Part shown: one piece after another, positions 10,556 through 18,413 of the stretch | How the letters are laid out: each line of letters begins with the position of its first letter | Position numbering within the stretch: position 1 is the first letter of the stretch | The notes under the pieces: model-generated | Seen by the model: the letters and a program-made list of their open reading frames with translations, nothing else | Database searches by the model: none | What the model was told of the DNA's origin: nothing | Translations under genes and position numbers: made by a program | Source of the DNA: a bacterium | Lineage (GTDB): Bacteria; Patescibacteriota; Patescibacteriia; JAGPKW01 | Assembly: GCA_021780535.1 (NCBI GenBank) | Contig: JAJXYN010000009.1 | Coordinates: forward strand, 75,610-139,609 | Reading direction: 5' to 3' | DNA: 64,000 nucleotides

Positions 10556-11668
10556 ATGAATTTATCAAGTACTGAACAAATTTTTAAAATAATAGAAGAA
10601 AAAAAATCTGCTCTTATTTTGTTGTCAAAAAATTATAATGGAGATGCTTTGTCAGCGTCTTTGGTATTATCTTTATATTTGAAAAAATATGGCAAAAAAA
10701 CTTGTATTGCTATTGAAAATATTGAAAATATTGATAAAAAATATAAATTTTTGCCAGAAATAGACTTAATATCTAACAAGGTTTTTGACCCAAGTAAATT
10801 TACTATTAGAATCAATACGGATAGAGTTAAGGCAAAAGAACTTAGCTATGAGCCAAAAGAAAACGCTATAGAAGTGTATATTACATCAGTTACCGAAAAT
10901 GGATTTAAAAAAGAAGATGTTGAAATTATAGAAGAAAATGTTAGTTTTGATTTTGTTATCTCTATCGGAGCTAAATCAAAAAATGATATTGGTCTATATA
11001 GTAAAAATCTTAAATTTTTGGACAATAAAGATATTATTAATATTGATATAAATCAAAAAAATGAAAATTTTGGAACTATAAATTGTATAATGCAAAATCA
11101 AAAAACATTATCTGAAACTATTTTTGATATTATTAGTTTTAATAAAAGTGAATTAATAGATGAAAATATAGCAAATTGTATTTTGACTGGAATTATGGAT
11201 AAAACAAATGGATTAAAAGCTTTTGACATATCATCAAATACTCTATCAAATGCTTCAAACTTAATAGATTTGGGTGCTGATAAGGATTTAATTTCTAGAA
11301 ATATATTTAAAAATAAAAATTTGGATGAAATAAAAACATCAGCGAATGTTATTGCTAATATTAAGAGTTTTGATAATAATATTGTTTATTCTGTAAATGA
11401 AAATTTGAATGATAATTTTAATATAAAATCATTATTTACTGATAATTTATCTTATATTAATGATGTGGAGATATTCGTAATGTTTAATAAAAAAAATGAT
11501 ATTATTTATTCTCAAATAATAACATCTTCAAAATATTCAGCTGATGAAATAACTTCTGATTTTAAATCTATTGGAGATAATGAGATTGCCCAGTTTGCTA
11601 TTGCTAGTACAGATATAGAGAAAGTGGTTGAAATTGTTTTAAATAAAATTAAGAACAAAATAAAATAA
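10556..11668 (+). CDS. DHH-family (NrnA-like) protein with degenerate catalytic motifs
   Basis: The N-terminal LLSKNYNGDALSASLVLSLYLKKYGKK aligns with the NrnA HxxPDGDAxGS region, but His/Asp are replaced. No DHH or GGGH motif was found. Confidence 0.45.
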   Translation: MNLSSTEQIFKIIEEKKSALILLSKNYNGDALSASLVLSLYLKKYGKKTCIAIENIENIDKKYKFLPEIDLISNKVFDPSKFTIRINTDRVKAKELSYEPKENAIEVYITSVTENGFKKEDVEIIEENVSFDFVISIGAKSKNDIGLYSKNLKFLDNKDIINIDINQKNENFGTINCIMQNQKTLSETIFDIISFNKSELIDENIANCILTGIMDKTNGLKAFDISSNTLSNASNLIDLGADKDLISRNIFKNKNLDEIKTSANVIANIKSFDNNIVYSVNENLNDNFNIKSLFTDNLSYINDVEIFVMFNKKNDIIYSQIITSSKYSADEITSDFKSIGDNEIAQFAIASTDIEKVVEIVLNKIKNKIK

Positions 11669-11691
11669 CCGGATTAATCGGTTGTTTTTTA
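11665..11691 (+). terminator. Intrinsic terminator after the DHH-like gene
   Basis: Hairpin aaccg-gattaat-cggtt plus gtttttt lies immediately after the stop codon. Confidence 0.6.
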
Positions 11692-11692
11692 T

Positions 11693-12180
11693 TCGTTCGT
11701 TTATTAAGGCGCCGACTTCATCGGCATAAGTTAATAATACTCACTTCGTTCGTTTATTAACTAAAAAAAAGAAGGGTCAATATCCTCGGTGGAGAATCTA
11801 CATAGATTAATTAACTTTTCTCTACGAATTGCTAATTAGTCTGTGTAGATTCTCCAAAATTGTTTTGTGAGGCATGACCCAAAATTTGTTTGAAAACTAG
11901 ACCGATTCGTGGACACATACTCCAGATTTACCCCAGAAAGTCACTCAATTAAGAGATATTCCTCTGGATCATGAAATAAGACCCTTTTTGTTTTTATTGT
12001 GACATATCACACAAGCGTGTAATACATCTTTTAATGGAATCAGTGAAGTTTTATGATAAAGGCTAAAATGTTTTTCTTAACTTTTTATCATAACTACATT
12101 ATAGCATTTTTTTGACTTTATGTCCATTTGATGTGAATAGTTTCATAATAAATAGCCAATTTAGGCTATTTTTTTAGAAC
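11693..12180. ncRNA. Candidate structured non-coding RNA locus (unclassified)
   Basis: No ORF of 60 aa or more. The region is GC-enriched relative to its surroundings. It contains a nested stem set: gggtca..cctc..[ggagaatctacatag...ctgtgtagattctcc]..gagg..tgaccc. It also contains a gccga-cttca-tcggc hairpin, a ttcgttcgtttattaa direct repeat, an internal gaccc+T-run, and a terminal terminator aatagcc-aattta-ggctatt+T7 near 12150-12178. Confidence 0.35.
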
Positions 12181-12194
12181 ACATTTTTTATACA

Positions 12195-12230
12195 ATATAA
12201 TAAAAATAGACCAACCATATTGTTGATCTA
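12195..12230 (-). terminator. Intrinsic terminator after the 95-aa gene
   Basis: On the minus strand, tagatcaacaatatggttggtcta forms a 9-bp stem followed by a T-run. Confidence 0.5.
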
Positions 12231-12248
12231 TTGCACAAATGTAAAAAA

Positions 12249-12536
12249 TTATTTCTTTTTTATTTTAGTATTAGACTTGTGAGTTCTTGGAAATTTATAC
12301 CTTTCTATAATTCTTTTTTCATTTTCAGAATATAAATCGGCTAGAAAAAAATCAACCGACCCACTTTTAATGCTATTTTCAAAATATTCAAGAAGATTTG
12401 AACTAATTTCAAATGACCAAATTTTATGACCTCTATATTCTATATTTTTTAAATCTGATAAACAACCCTCACTCACCAACGAAGTCCTAATAGCTTCACT
12501 GGTAATTTTATTCTTTGGGTGTAAAAAATACCTCAT
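12249..12536 (-). CDS. Hypothetical protein (95 aa)
   Basis: ORF translationally coupled to the upstream S51 peptidase gene (ATG overlaps the stop). Confidence 0.4.
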   Translation of the reverse strand: MRYFLHPKNKITSEAIRTSLVSEGCLSDLKNIEYRGHKIWSFEISSNLLEYFENSIKSGSVDFFLADLYSENEKRIIERYKFPRTHKSNTKIKKK

Positions 12537-12537
12537 G

Positions 12538-13191
12538 TTAACCCCCTAGTTTTTGGAAACGAAGATTATTATCCCCAAAAAAATAATATGCTTCATCAAC
12601 TCCTATTTTAAAAAGATTTTTGAATTTGTCTTCATTTTTTAATCTATTTTCCATTTTAGTTGTATCATCTATATTATAATCTGGCCAGAATGAAAAAGGG
12701 ACAATTTCCATACCGACTTTGTCTCTTACACCATAAATATTTAAGTCGGCAATACCTAAATGACTAGTGAGTGGCGCCGTATCTATTGTAACTCCAGCAA
12801 TAATTGCTCCGGCACTATCTCCACAATATATACCATCTTTTTTATTTTTTAATATACTATACAAGCTTTTTTGTTGCATATATTTAGCTAGATAGTATGT
12901 ATTCCCGCCAAGCACAACAACGATATCTGCACAAACAATCTTTGATGGATTGAACTGTTTTGATATATCTATTATATCAATACAATAAGGATGAATATTA
13001 AAAACTTCTGCCACATTTTTTGCATAATATTTGATATATCTTTCCGAAAAAAGATATGTCTTCATTGCTGTTGTAATAATAACAACATTATCAATATAGC
13101 CATTTTTTAATGAAACAAGCTCTTCTACTTTTTCGCCAATTACATCTTTAGCTTTCCCATAGAAACCTTGAGAGCTGAGAATCATGTCCAT
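12538..13191 (-). CDS. Peptidase S51 family (peptidase E / cyanophycinase-like)
   Basis: VVVLGGNTYYLAKYM...GIYCGDSAGAIIAG matches the S51 GGNTF...G-SAG nucleophile region. Confidence 0.6.
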   Translation of the reverse strand: MDMILSSQGFYGKAKDVIGEKVEELVSLKNGYIDNVVIITTAMKTYLFSERYIKYYAKNVAEVFNIHPYCIDIIDISKQFNPSKIVCADIVVVLGGNTYYLAKYMQQKSLYSILKNKKDGIYCGDSAGAIIAGVTIDTAPLTSHLGIADLNIYGVRDKVGMEIVPFSFWPDYNIDDTTKMENRLKNEDKFKNLFKIGVDEAYYFFGDNNLRFQKLGG

Positions 13192-13658
13192 TATTGACTC
13201 CTCTTATGTAGTTTGTAATATTTAAACACATTTTTTATTAAAAAACAATATAATATTAAACCATATTAAAACTACATAACAATAAATATTTATTTGAGTT
13301 TATTTCTCCTATTATATATGTCCCCTATATTTTTTATCTTTTCATACACGACATTCCTCTCATTACTCATTTCTTTATCACTTAGATTGTGTTTATGAGA
13401 TAAAAAACTAAAATCATATAATTCAAACACCTCTCTTATGTCTTTTATGTTTAAATATCCTCTAAAATTATTATCATCTTCATCATCACAAAAAATTAAA
13501 CCTAAAATTTTTTTCTTAATAGTCTATAATAATTTATAATTTCTGAACTAGTATTTTCTTTTTGATAATTAAAATTTTCTTTCATAAAAAATAAACATAC
13601 TTTATAAATATATTTTATATGAATAATAAAAAATAAGCTACAATAATTTACTTAAAAT

Positions 13659-13694
13659 AAAAATATTAGCTATTTCTAGCTAATATTTTAAAAG
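13659..13694 (-). terminator. Palindromic terminator (repeat family A, copy 1) after the 13700..14092 gene
   Basis: On the minus strand, aatattagcta-GAAA-tagctaatatt forms an 11-bp stem with a GNRA loop, followed by a T-run. It lies just downstream of the stop codon. Confidence 0.55.
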
Positions 13695-13699
13695 TTGAT

Positions 13700-14092
13700 T
13701 TAATTATTCTTATTTGTTTGTTCTTCTGCAATCACCTTACCTTTAACTTTACTAACTAAAAAAGTACGGTTATCATTTCCTTCACCAACAAAATTACCAT
13801 TTATATATACCATTGCTTCTAAATTATTTGGATTTAATTCATATTTATATATCCAAAATGCCTCATAATCTTTACCGCCGATAAGACTTGCTGATGATGT
13901 ACCATCTGAATACGCAAATATAGTACCTGTTAATCCTTGAGGTTTTTGAATCTCATTATTAAGTACAGGAAAAATAATTTTTTGTGTAGGAATTTCTCCA
14001 GAAAAGTTTGCTTTTATTGTATATTCTGCCTTTAAAATTTCATCTTTCGATAATACAGATGACGTATTGCTTGGCATAAGCCCAGTACACAT
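13700..14092 (-). CDS. Hypothetical protein; in-frame continuation of the 14240..14542 ORF (possible split gene)
   Basis: Same reading frame as the upstream signal-peptide ORF. It is separated from it only by one TAA at 14240-14242, and the 49 codons in between are open. Confidence 0.45.
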   Translation of the reverse strand: MCTGLMPSNTSSVLSKDEILKAEYTIKANFSGEIPTQKIIFPVLNNEIQKPQGLTGTIFAYSDGTSSASLIGGKDYEAFWIYKYELNPNNLEAMVYINGNFVGEGNDNRTFLVSKVKGKVIAEEQTNKNN

Positions 14093-14239
14093 CCAACCAG
14101 ATTCTATGGTGTTTGTCGTTAAATTATAGATACATGCAAACCCACATCCTTTTTTAGTTGTAGTACCTTGGAATCTTATAAATTCACTAGTTTGGTTGAC
14201 TACTTTATTAATAGTTTTTTGACCACCAGCAACACATTC

Positions 14240-14542
14240 TTATTTTGAATTTTTAATTATATTATAAATTACATCTGTAAATTCTTTGCCAGTTTTTTTC
14301 TTTCCAAAAAGACTATTTCCTTGTTTAGTTATGTTTTTATAAAACTTAATTTGGCTTGGACCAGATATTTTTTCTATCCTTGTTGAAATTAATTGAGTAC
14401 TTGTTAACATGGGGTTTTCTAATGCATTTGCAAAAGAAGCAGCTAATAAAATTGGCAATACAAATAAAAATATTTTTTTCATATTTATTATTTTTAAATT
14501 AATTATATATATTATAACGTTAAAATAATAAAAAAGTAACAT
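14240..14542 (-). CDS. Secreted protein, N-terminal part (signal peptide); possibly the N-terminus of a roughly 280-aa protein interrupted by an in-frame stop
   Basis: MKKIFLFVLPILLAASFANA is signal-peptide-like. The ORF ends at a TAA that is in frame with the next ORF. Confidence 0.45.
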   Translation of the reverse strand: MLLFYYFNVIIYIINLKIINMKKIFLFVLPILLAASFANALENPMLTSTQLISTRIEKISGPSQIKFYKNITKQGNSLFGKKKTGKEFTDVIYNIIKNSK

Positions 14543-14562
14543 TGATAATAAAACAAAAATAC

Positions 14563-14590
14563 CAGCTATTTCTAGCTAATATTTTAAAAG
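14563..14590 (-). terminator. Terminator-like element (repeat family A, copy 2) after tRNA-Ala
   Basis: The same agctatttctagctaatattttaaaag motif as at 13659-13694. Its stem is weaker. It is followed by a T-run on the minus strand. Confidence 0.4.
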
Positions 14591-14621
14591 TGATCTCCTT
14601 CGCTAAAGCTACGGCGATCAA

Positions 14622-14697
14622 TGGTGGACCGTAGGAGATTCGAACTCCTGACCTCCACGGTGCAAGCGTGGCGCTCTACCAACTAAGCTAACGGCCC
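14622..14697 (-). tRNA. tRNA-Ala (anticodon UGC)
   Basis: 76-nt cloverleaf on the minus strand (gggccgttagc...cttgcac...ggttcgaatcc...ggtccacca). G3:U70 Ala identity pair. Encoded CCA. Confidence 0.9.
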
Positions 14698-14773
14698 ATA
14701 TCTATTAATTTAAAAAAATCAATAGAGATATTATATATTACTTAAAAATAATTTTCAATACCTTAATATCTAA

Positions 14774-15094
14774 TTATTCATGTAAACCACCAAAACCAGT
14801 GAAAAATCTACCAAATATTCCAACAAATATCTTTGTCCAAAGCCCAGTGAGAGCTAATGTTCCTAATAATAAAACTATTAATCCTATTAATTTATAACCA
14901 AACCTACTTGATCCAGCCCCCATTTTTTCTTCAAAAAAAGTTATCATCCCAAAAGCATTATATAAGACTTCTGATTTTATAACTATTAAAGCTCCTGCGA
15001 CAATCATTAATATACCTATTATTATATTCGTCATCTTTATTAATATTAATTTATAATTATAAGATATTTTATCACGTGCTCTTGAAAGTATCAA
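14774..15094 (-). CDS. Small membrane protein (hypothetical)
   Basis: Two to three hydrophobic helices (IIIGILMIVAGALIVI, LIGLIVLLLGTLALTGLW). The true start is probably an internal Met. Confidence 0.4.
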   Translation of the reverse strand: MILSRARDKISYNYKLILIKMTNIIIGILMIVAGALIVIKSEVLYNAFGMITFFEEKMGAGSSRFGYKLIGLIVLLLGTLALTGLWTKIFVGIFGRFFTGFGGLHE

Positions 15095-15125
15095 AAAAAT
15101 AATATAGAATATCTTTATCTATTTT

Positions 15126-15202
15126 GGGTGTGTAGCTCAGCTGGTTAGAGCACGACTCTTATAAAGTCGGGGTCGATGGTTCAAGTCCATTCACACCCAC
15201 CA
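15126..15202 (+). tRNA. tRNA-Ile (anticodon UAU)
   Basis: 77-nt cloverleaf. Anticodon stem cgact/agtcg with loop cttataa. Ile-like D/T arms (tagctcagctggttagagc, ggttcaagtcc). Encoded CCA. Confidence 0.75.
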
Positions 15203-15206
15203 TATA

Positions 15207-15246
15207 AAAATAATTGACTAAATTAGTCAATTATTTTTGTTTTTCT
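15207..15246 (+). terminator. Palindromic terminator (repeat family B, copy 1) after tRNA-Ile
   Basis: Perfect 12-bp palindrome aataattgacta-aat-tagtcaattatt followed by tttgttttt. Confidence 0.6.
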
Positions 15247-15292
15247 ATTGATTTTTTATTATTTATATGGTTTAATATATAAACATTAAATA

Positions 15293-15736
15293 TTGGAGGG
15301 CTCTATGGAATTTTTTCGTAAAGATATAATCCCAAACAATACAACTATTTATATTGGAGGTCCTGAGAAACTTGGAAGACCAACAATTTTTAAAGTTTAT
15401 TGCTTTGGAGTAGAACAAAGAGAAGTGGAGATGTTTGTTCTGAAAGGCAATGTTTCATTTATTTATAACAATCAAGAAAAACTTGATTTTACTTATGAGC
15501 AATTCAAAGAATATTGCCTCAAAAACAAAGAAACAATTGACCCGTTTATTTTACTTTGTTATGAATTTTTTGCTTGTGAATGGAAACTTCATCGCACTTG
15601 TGATGATTGGAGAATTGTATATCCACAAGCACTCAAAGAGGCAAAAGAAAATACAAAAATTTTCATTGGAAAAAATAATAAAAATATACAACTAATCAAT
15701 AGAATTGAGAACTGGTGCGATTTGTTTTTTCCTTGA
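15293..15736 (+). CDS. Hypothetical protein (probable start at the second Met, 15305, which is preceded by GGAGGG)
   Basis: 147-aa ORF with a Shine-Dalgarno-like ggaggg 8 nt upstream of the second ATG. No motif recognised. Confidence 0.4.
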   Translation: MEGSMEFFRKDIIPNNTTIYIGGPEKLGRPTIFKVYCFGVEQREVEMFVLKGNVSFIYNNQEKLDFTYEQFKEYCLKNKETIDPFILLCYEFFACEWKLHRTCDDWRIVYPQALKEAKENTKIFIGKNNKNIQLINRIENWCDLFFP

Positions 15737-15772
15737 ATATAAGAGAGCTGAAATATGCTCTCTCTTTTTTAT

Positions 15773-16366
15773 TTATGCAGTTATTTTCATTTCTTTGATA
15801 AGAGTTTTTACTTGTGGGTCATTAGAATATTTTTTAATATCTTCAAGTAGTTTAATTACTCTTAAACCTTCTGTTTTTATAGCTTCATATTGTCCTTTTT
15901 TAATAGCCAATTTAAATTCTACTTTTTCTGGAATATCTTCATAATTTATACCTTTTGATTTTTCTAATATTGAAGATATACCAAAATCTTCATTTAATAG
16001 CTTATCCAAAGTAAAAGAAAAGTCTTTCCAGTATTCTTGTAGATTTTCTGGTAATTCTTTTAAATGCCCTAATAATTTGGCTATATTATTATTTATAATT
16101 TCAGAATTTTGAATTATGTAATTTAAAGATTTATCCAAATTTTTTGTATTAGATATTTCTTGTTTATTAAACGCAAAAGATAAAACTTCTGATATATTTC
16201 CTTTACCATCTTTTAATATTGTTTCTAAAGTATCTTCTGGATTATGTTCAAATTGTTCTTCATAATATTCAAATGCTTTTATTTCTACATATTCAACTTC
16301 ATTTTCTAAATTTTCACTTTGATTTCTTGGTTTTAAATCTTCTTGACTTGGTTTTTCAAAGGACAT
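15773..16366 (-). CDS. Hypothetical acidic protein (197 aa)
   Basis: ORF convergent with the previous gene. No recognisable domain. Confidence 0.4.
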   Translation of the reverse strand: MSFEKPSQEDLKPRNQSENLENEVEYVEIKAFEYYEEQFEHNPEDTLETILKDGKGNISEVLSFAFNKQEISNTKNLDKSLNYIIQNSEIINNNIAKLLGHLKELPENLQEYWKDFSFTLDKLLNEDFGISSILEKSKGINYEDIPEKVEFKLAIKKGQYEAIKTEGLRVIKLLEDIKKYSNDPQVKTLIKEMKITA

Positions 16367-16540
16367 TTTATTTATTTTAATTTTTATTTTGTTATTATAC
16401 TAAATTTATAATAACTCATCTACACTCTATATCCAACAAACATCTATCACTCTTCCTATTATTAATAATCATAACCAACTTCATCCTTATCTATCATTAT
16501 AATCTCTTTAAAGCATTTTCTCTTATTATCTGTCTTTGTT

Positions 16541-16606
16541 ATAACTTCGCTAAATATCGAAACTATAACATAACCAAACAGCTCATTTTCGCCAAATAAA
16601 ATAATT
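16541..16606. repeat. Intergenic repeat, 66 bp (copy A of 2)
   Basis: About 82% identical to 17294-17359 (ataacttcgctaaatatcgaaactataacataaccaaacagctcattttcgccaaataaaataatt versus atagccttgccaaatattgaaactagaacataatcaaaaaactcattttcaccaaacttaaatatt). Confidence 0.5.
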
Positions 16607-16630
16607 GACTGAATTAGTCAATTATTTTTA
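16600..16630 (-). terminator. Palindromic terminator (repeat family B, copy 2) after the lipoprotein gene
   Basis: aataattgactgaattagtcaattatt followed by a T-run in both directions. About 96% identical to 15209-15235. Confidence 0.55.
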
Positions 16631-16631
16631 T

Positions 16632-17204
16632 TTATTTTGATATATTTAATACTTTTATTACACTCAACAATTCCTTATCAATATCTTTAAAACATTTTGT
16701 TCCATCCATATAATTTGGGTTATTCATAAATGAAATGAAGTAATACCCATTATTGTTATTTTTAGCATAATACATACAATCTTTAACTATTCCTGCTGTG
16801 CTGATTTCTTTAAATTGTAAGCCGTCTATTTCTAATTCATTACCAGTTTCTGTTGTAAGTTTTACAAAATTAGAAAAAGTATTATCATCAACGGTACTTA
16901 AACATATAGATTTGTTTAATTTTTCATCATTTATAGAAAAAATTGTTTTAAAATCTTTATTTTGTGATACACACAAATCATCTACTTTAAAATTATTTGG
17001 ATATGAAATTTCTAAACCATCTTTAGAAAAACTTAATACTTTATTATCGTCGTTTATTTTTGTATTATTATTTTTAACTACTTGGGGAATGTTTGGTTTA
17101 TTATTATTCTTTATTAAATCACCCTGCTTAAAACTGATAGATGAACATCCTGATAAAAATATTGCAAATATAAATATTGCAAACACACTTATTAGTTTTT
17201 TCAT
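16632..17204 (-). CDS. Lipoprotein (hypothetical)
   Basis: Signal peptide with a lipobox (FLSGC). Confidence 0.55.
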   Translation of the reverse strand: MKKLISVFAIFIFAIFLSGCSSISFKQGDLIKNNNKPNIPQVVKNNNTKINDDNKVLSFSKDGLEISYPNNFKVDDLCVSQNKDFKTIFSINDEKLNKSICLSTVDDNTFSNFVKLTTETGNELEIDGLQFKEISTAGIVKDCMYYAKNNNNGYYFISFMNNPNYMDGTKCFKDIDKELLSVIKVLNISK

Positions 17205-17293
17205 ATTATTTATTGTTATACATTATATTAATTTGTTTGAAATTAGCATAAAATATTTAAAAAGTCAATATTATATTGATTATAACATATTTT

Positions 17294-17359
17294 ATAGCCT
17301 TGCCAAATATTGAAACTAGAACATAATCAAAAAACTCATTTTCACCAAACTTAAATATT
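17294..17359. repeat. Intergenic repeat, 66 bp (copy B of 2)
   Basis: See 16541-16606. It lies about 90-150 nt upstream of the lipoprotein ATG. Confidence 0.5.
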
Positions 17360-17455
17360 AGAAATTTAATTGGAAATAAAAAAATCGCTTCTAAGGGCGA
17401 CTTTATTTTTCAATAGCAACATTTTGAACTTGTTATAAATTATTCAACTTAATTA

Positions 17456-18346
17456 TTAATCCACAGAAATATTTTCTGCAGTAAAATATTTCTCCAGAAT
17501 TTTATCTATTTCTGAAGAAGTTTCAACATAAAAATTCATTGCCATCACAATAAATTCTTCATATATATGTGGTTTGGATAACATTTCTGCAATAGCTTCT
17601 TGCTTGTTAATTGGTTGCTTATACTTTCTTTTTTTTGCCATCATAGCTTCAAACACATCTGCAACTTTTAATATTCTACCACCAAGACCAATTTCATTAG
17701 ATTTTTTACCAGCTGGATATCCAGACCCATCAAGACTTTCATGGTGTTCACTTATAATAATATTTATATTATCTAAATATTCCTTTAAAAATGGATTTTG
17801 TTTTTTTATATATTCAATCATTATAAAACTTAATAATGGATGGGTATTCATAAATAATCTTTCTTCAGAATTAAATCTTCTTCCATCATACAAAAAATCA
17901 TTATCCATGATTATTTTTGAAATATCATGCATAAAAGCTGCCATAGATATTAATTCCACTGTCTGATCATCAAGAAAATCTTTATATCTTTCACTTTTTT
18001 TCAAATAATGACATATTCTATTTGTATATTCTCTGACATTTGCAAGATGTTCTATTGTTTCTGAATGTGCTCCTTTCATATTATATATTGACGAACACAC
18101 AACATGCATTTCTGCCATTCTTACTTTAATAGGAATACATTCTTCAACAATAAAAGATCTGACTGTATTTTCATGATATTCTTTTATATCTGGAGAAATC
18201 TCATCTATTTTTTTGAAAAAATCGTATAGTGATTTTTTAGATATATATGACTGACCATTTTTTGATATAGTAGAAAATATTTTACAATAAAATTCACGAT
18301 GTAGTATTTCCCGTCTAACATATCTAGCAACTCTATTAAGAAACAC
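17456..18346 (-). CDS. HD-GYP domain protein (putative cyclic-dinucleotide phosphodiesterase)
   Basis: Metal-binding HD motifs (AAFMHDISK) and the HD-GYP signature HHESLDGSGYP. Confidence 0.7.
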   Translation of the reverse strand: MFLNRVARYVRREILHREFYCKIFSTISKNGQSYISKKSLYDFFKKIDEISPDIKEYHENTVRSFIVEECIPIKVRMAEMHVVCSSIYNMKGAHSETIEHLANVREYTNRICHYLKKSERYKDFLDDQTVELISMAAFMHDISKIIMDNDFLYDGRRFNSEERLFMNTHPLLSFIMIEYIKKQNPFLKEYLDNINIIISEHHESLDGSGYPAGKKSNEIGLGGRILKVADVFEAMMAKKRKYKQPINKQEAIAEMLSKPHIYEEFIVMAMNFYVETSSEIDKILEKYFTAENISVD

Positions 18347-18413
18347 TTCAGTCCTCCCAGGAGTTAATTGTCTAATAATTTTATACGATTTTATATTATC
18401 TTACAATATCATG

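Noticed and set aside
11693-12180. Assigning the structured intergenic RNA to tmRNA, RNase P RNA, SRP RNA or 6S RNA
   Set aside because: I could not find the defining conserved elements: the tmRNA tRNA-like 3' end and tag ORF, the RNase P P4 GGAAAGUCCGG, or the SRP GGAAGCAGC motif. It is left unclassified.
13300-13580. Possible small minus-strand gene in the 500-nt gap upstream of the S51 peptidase gene
   Set aside because: Careful translation hits stop codons after about 27 codons in the ATG-initiated frame. The longer open stretch has no start codon. It is probably non-coding or a decayed remnant.
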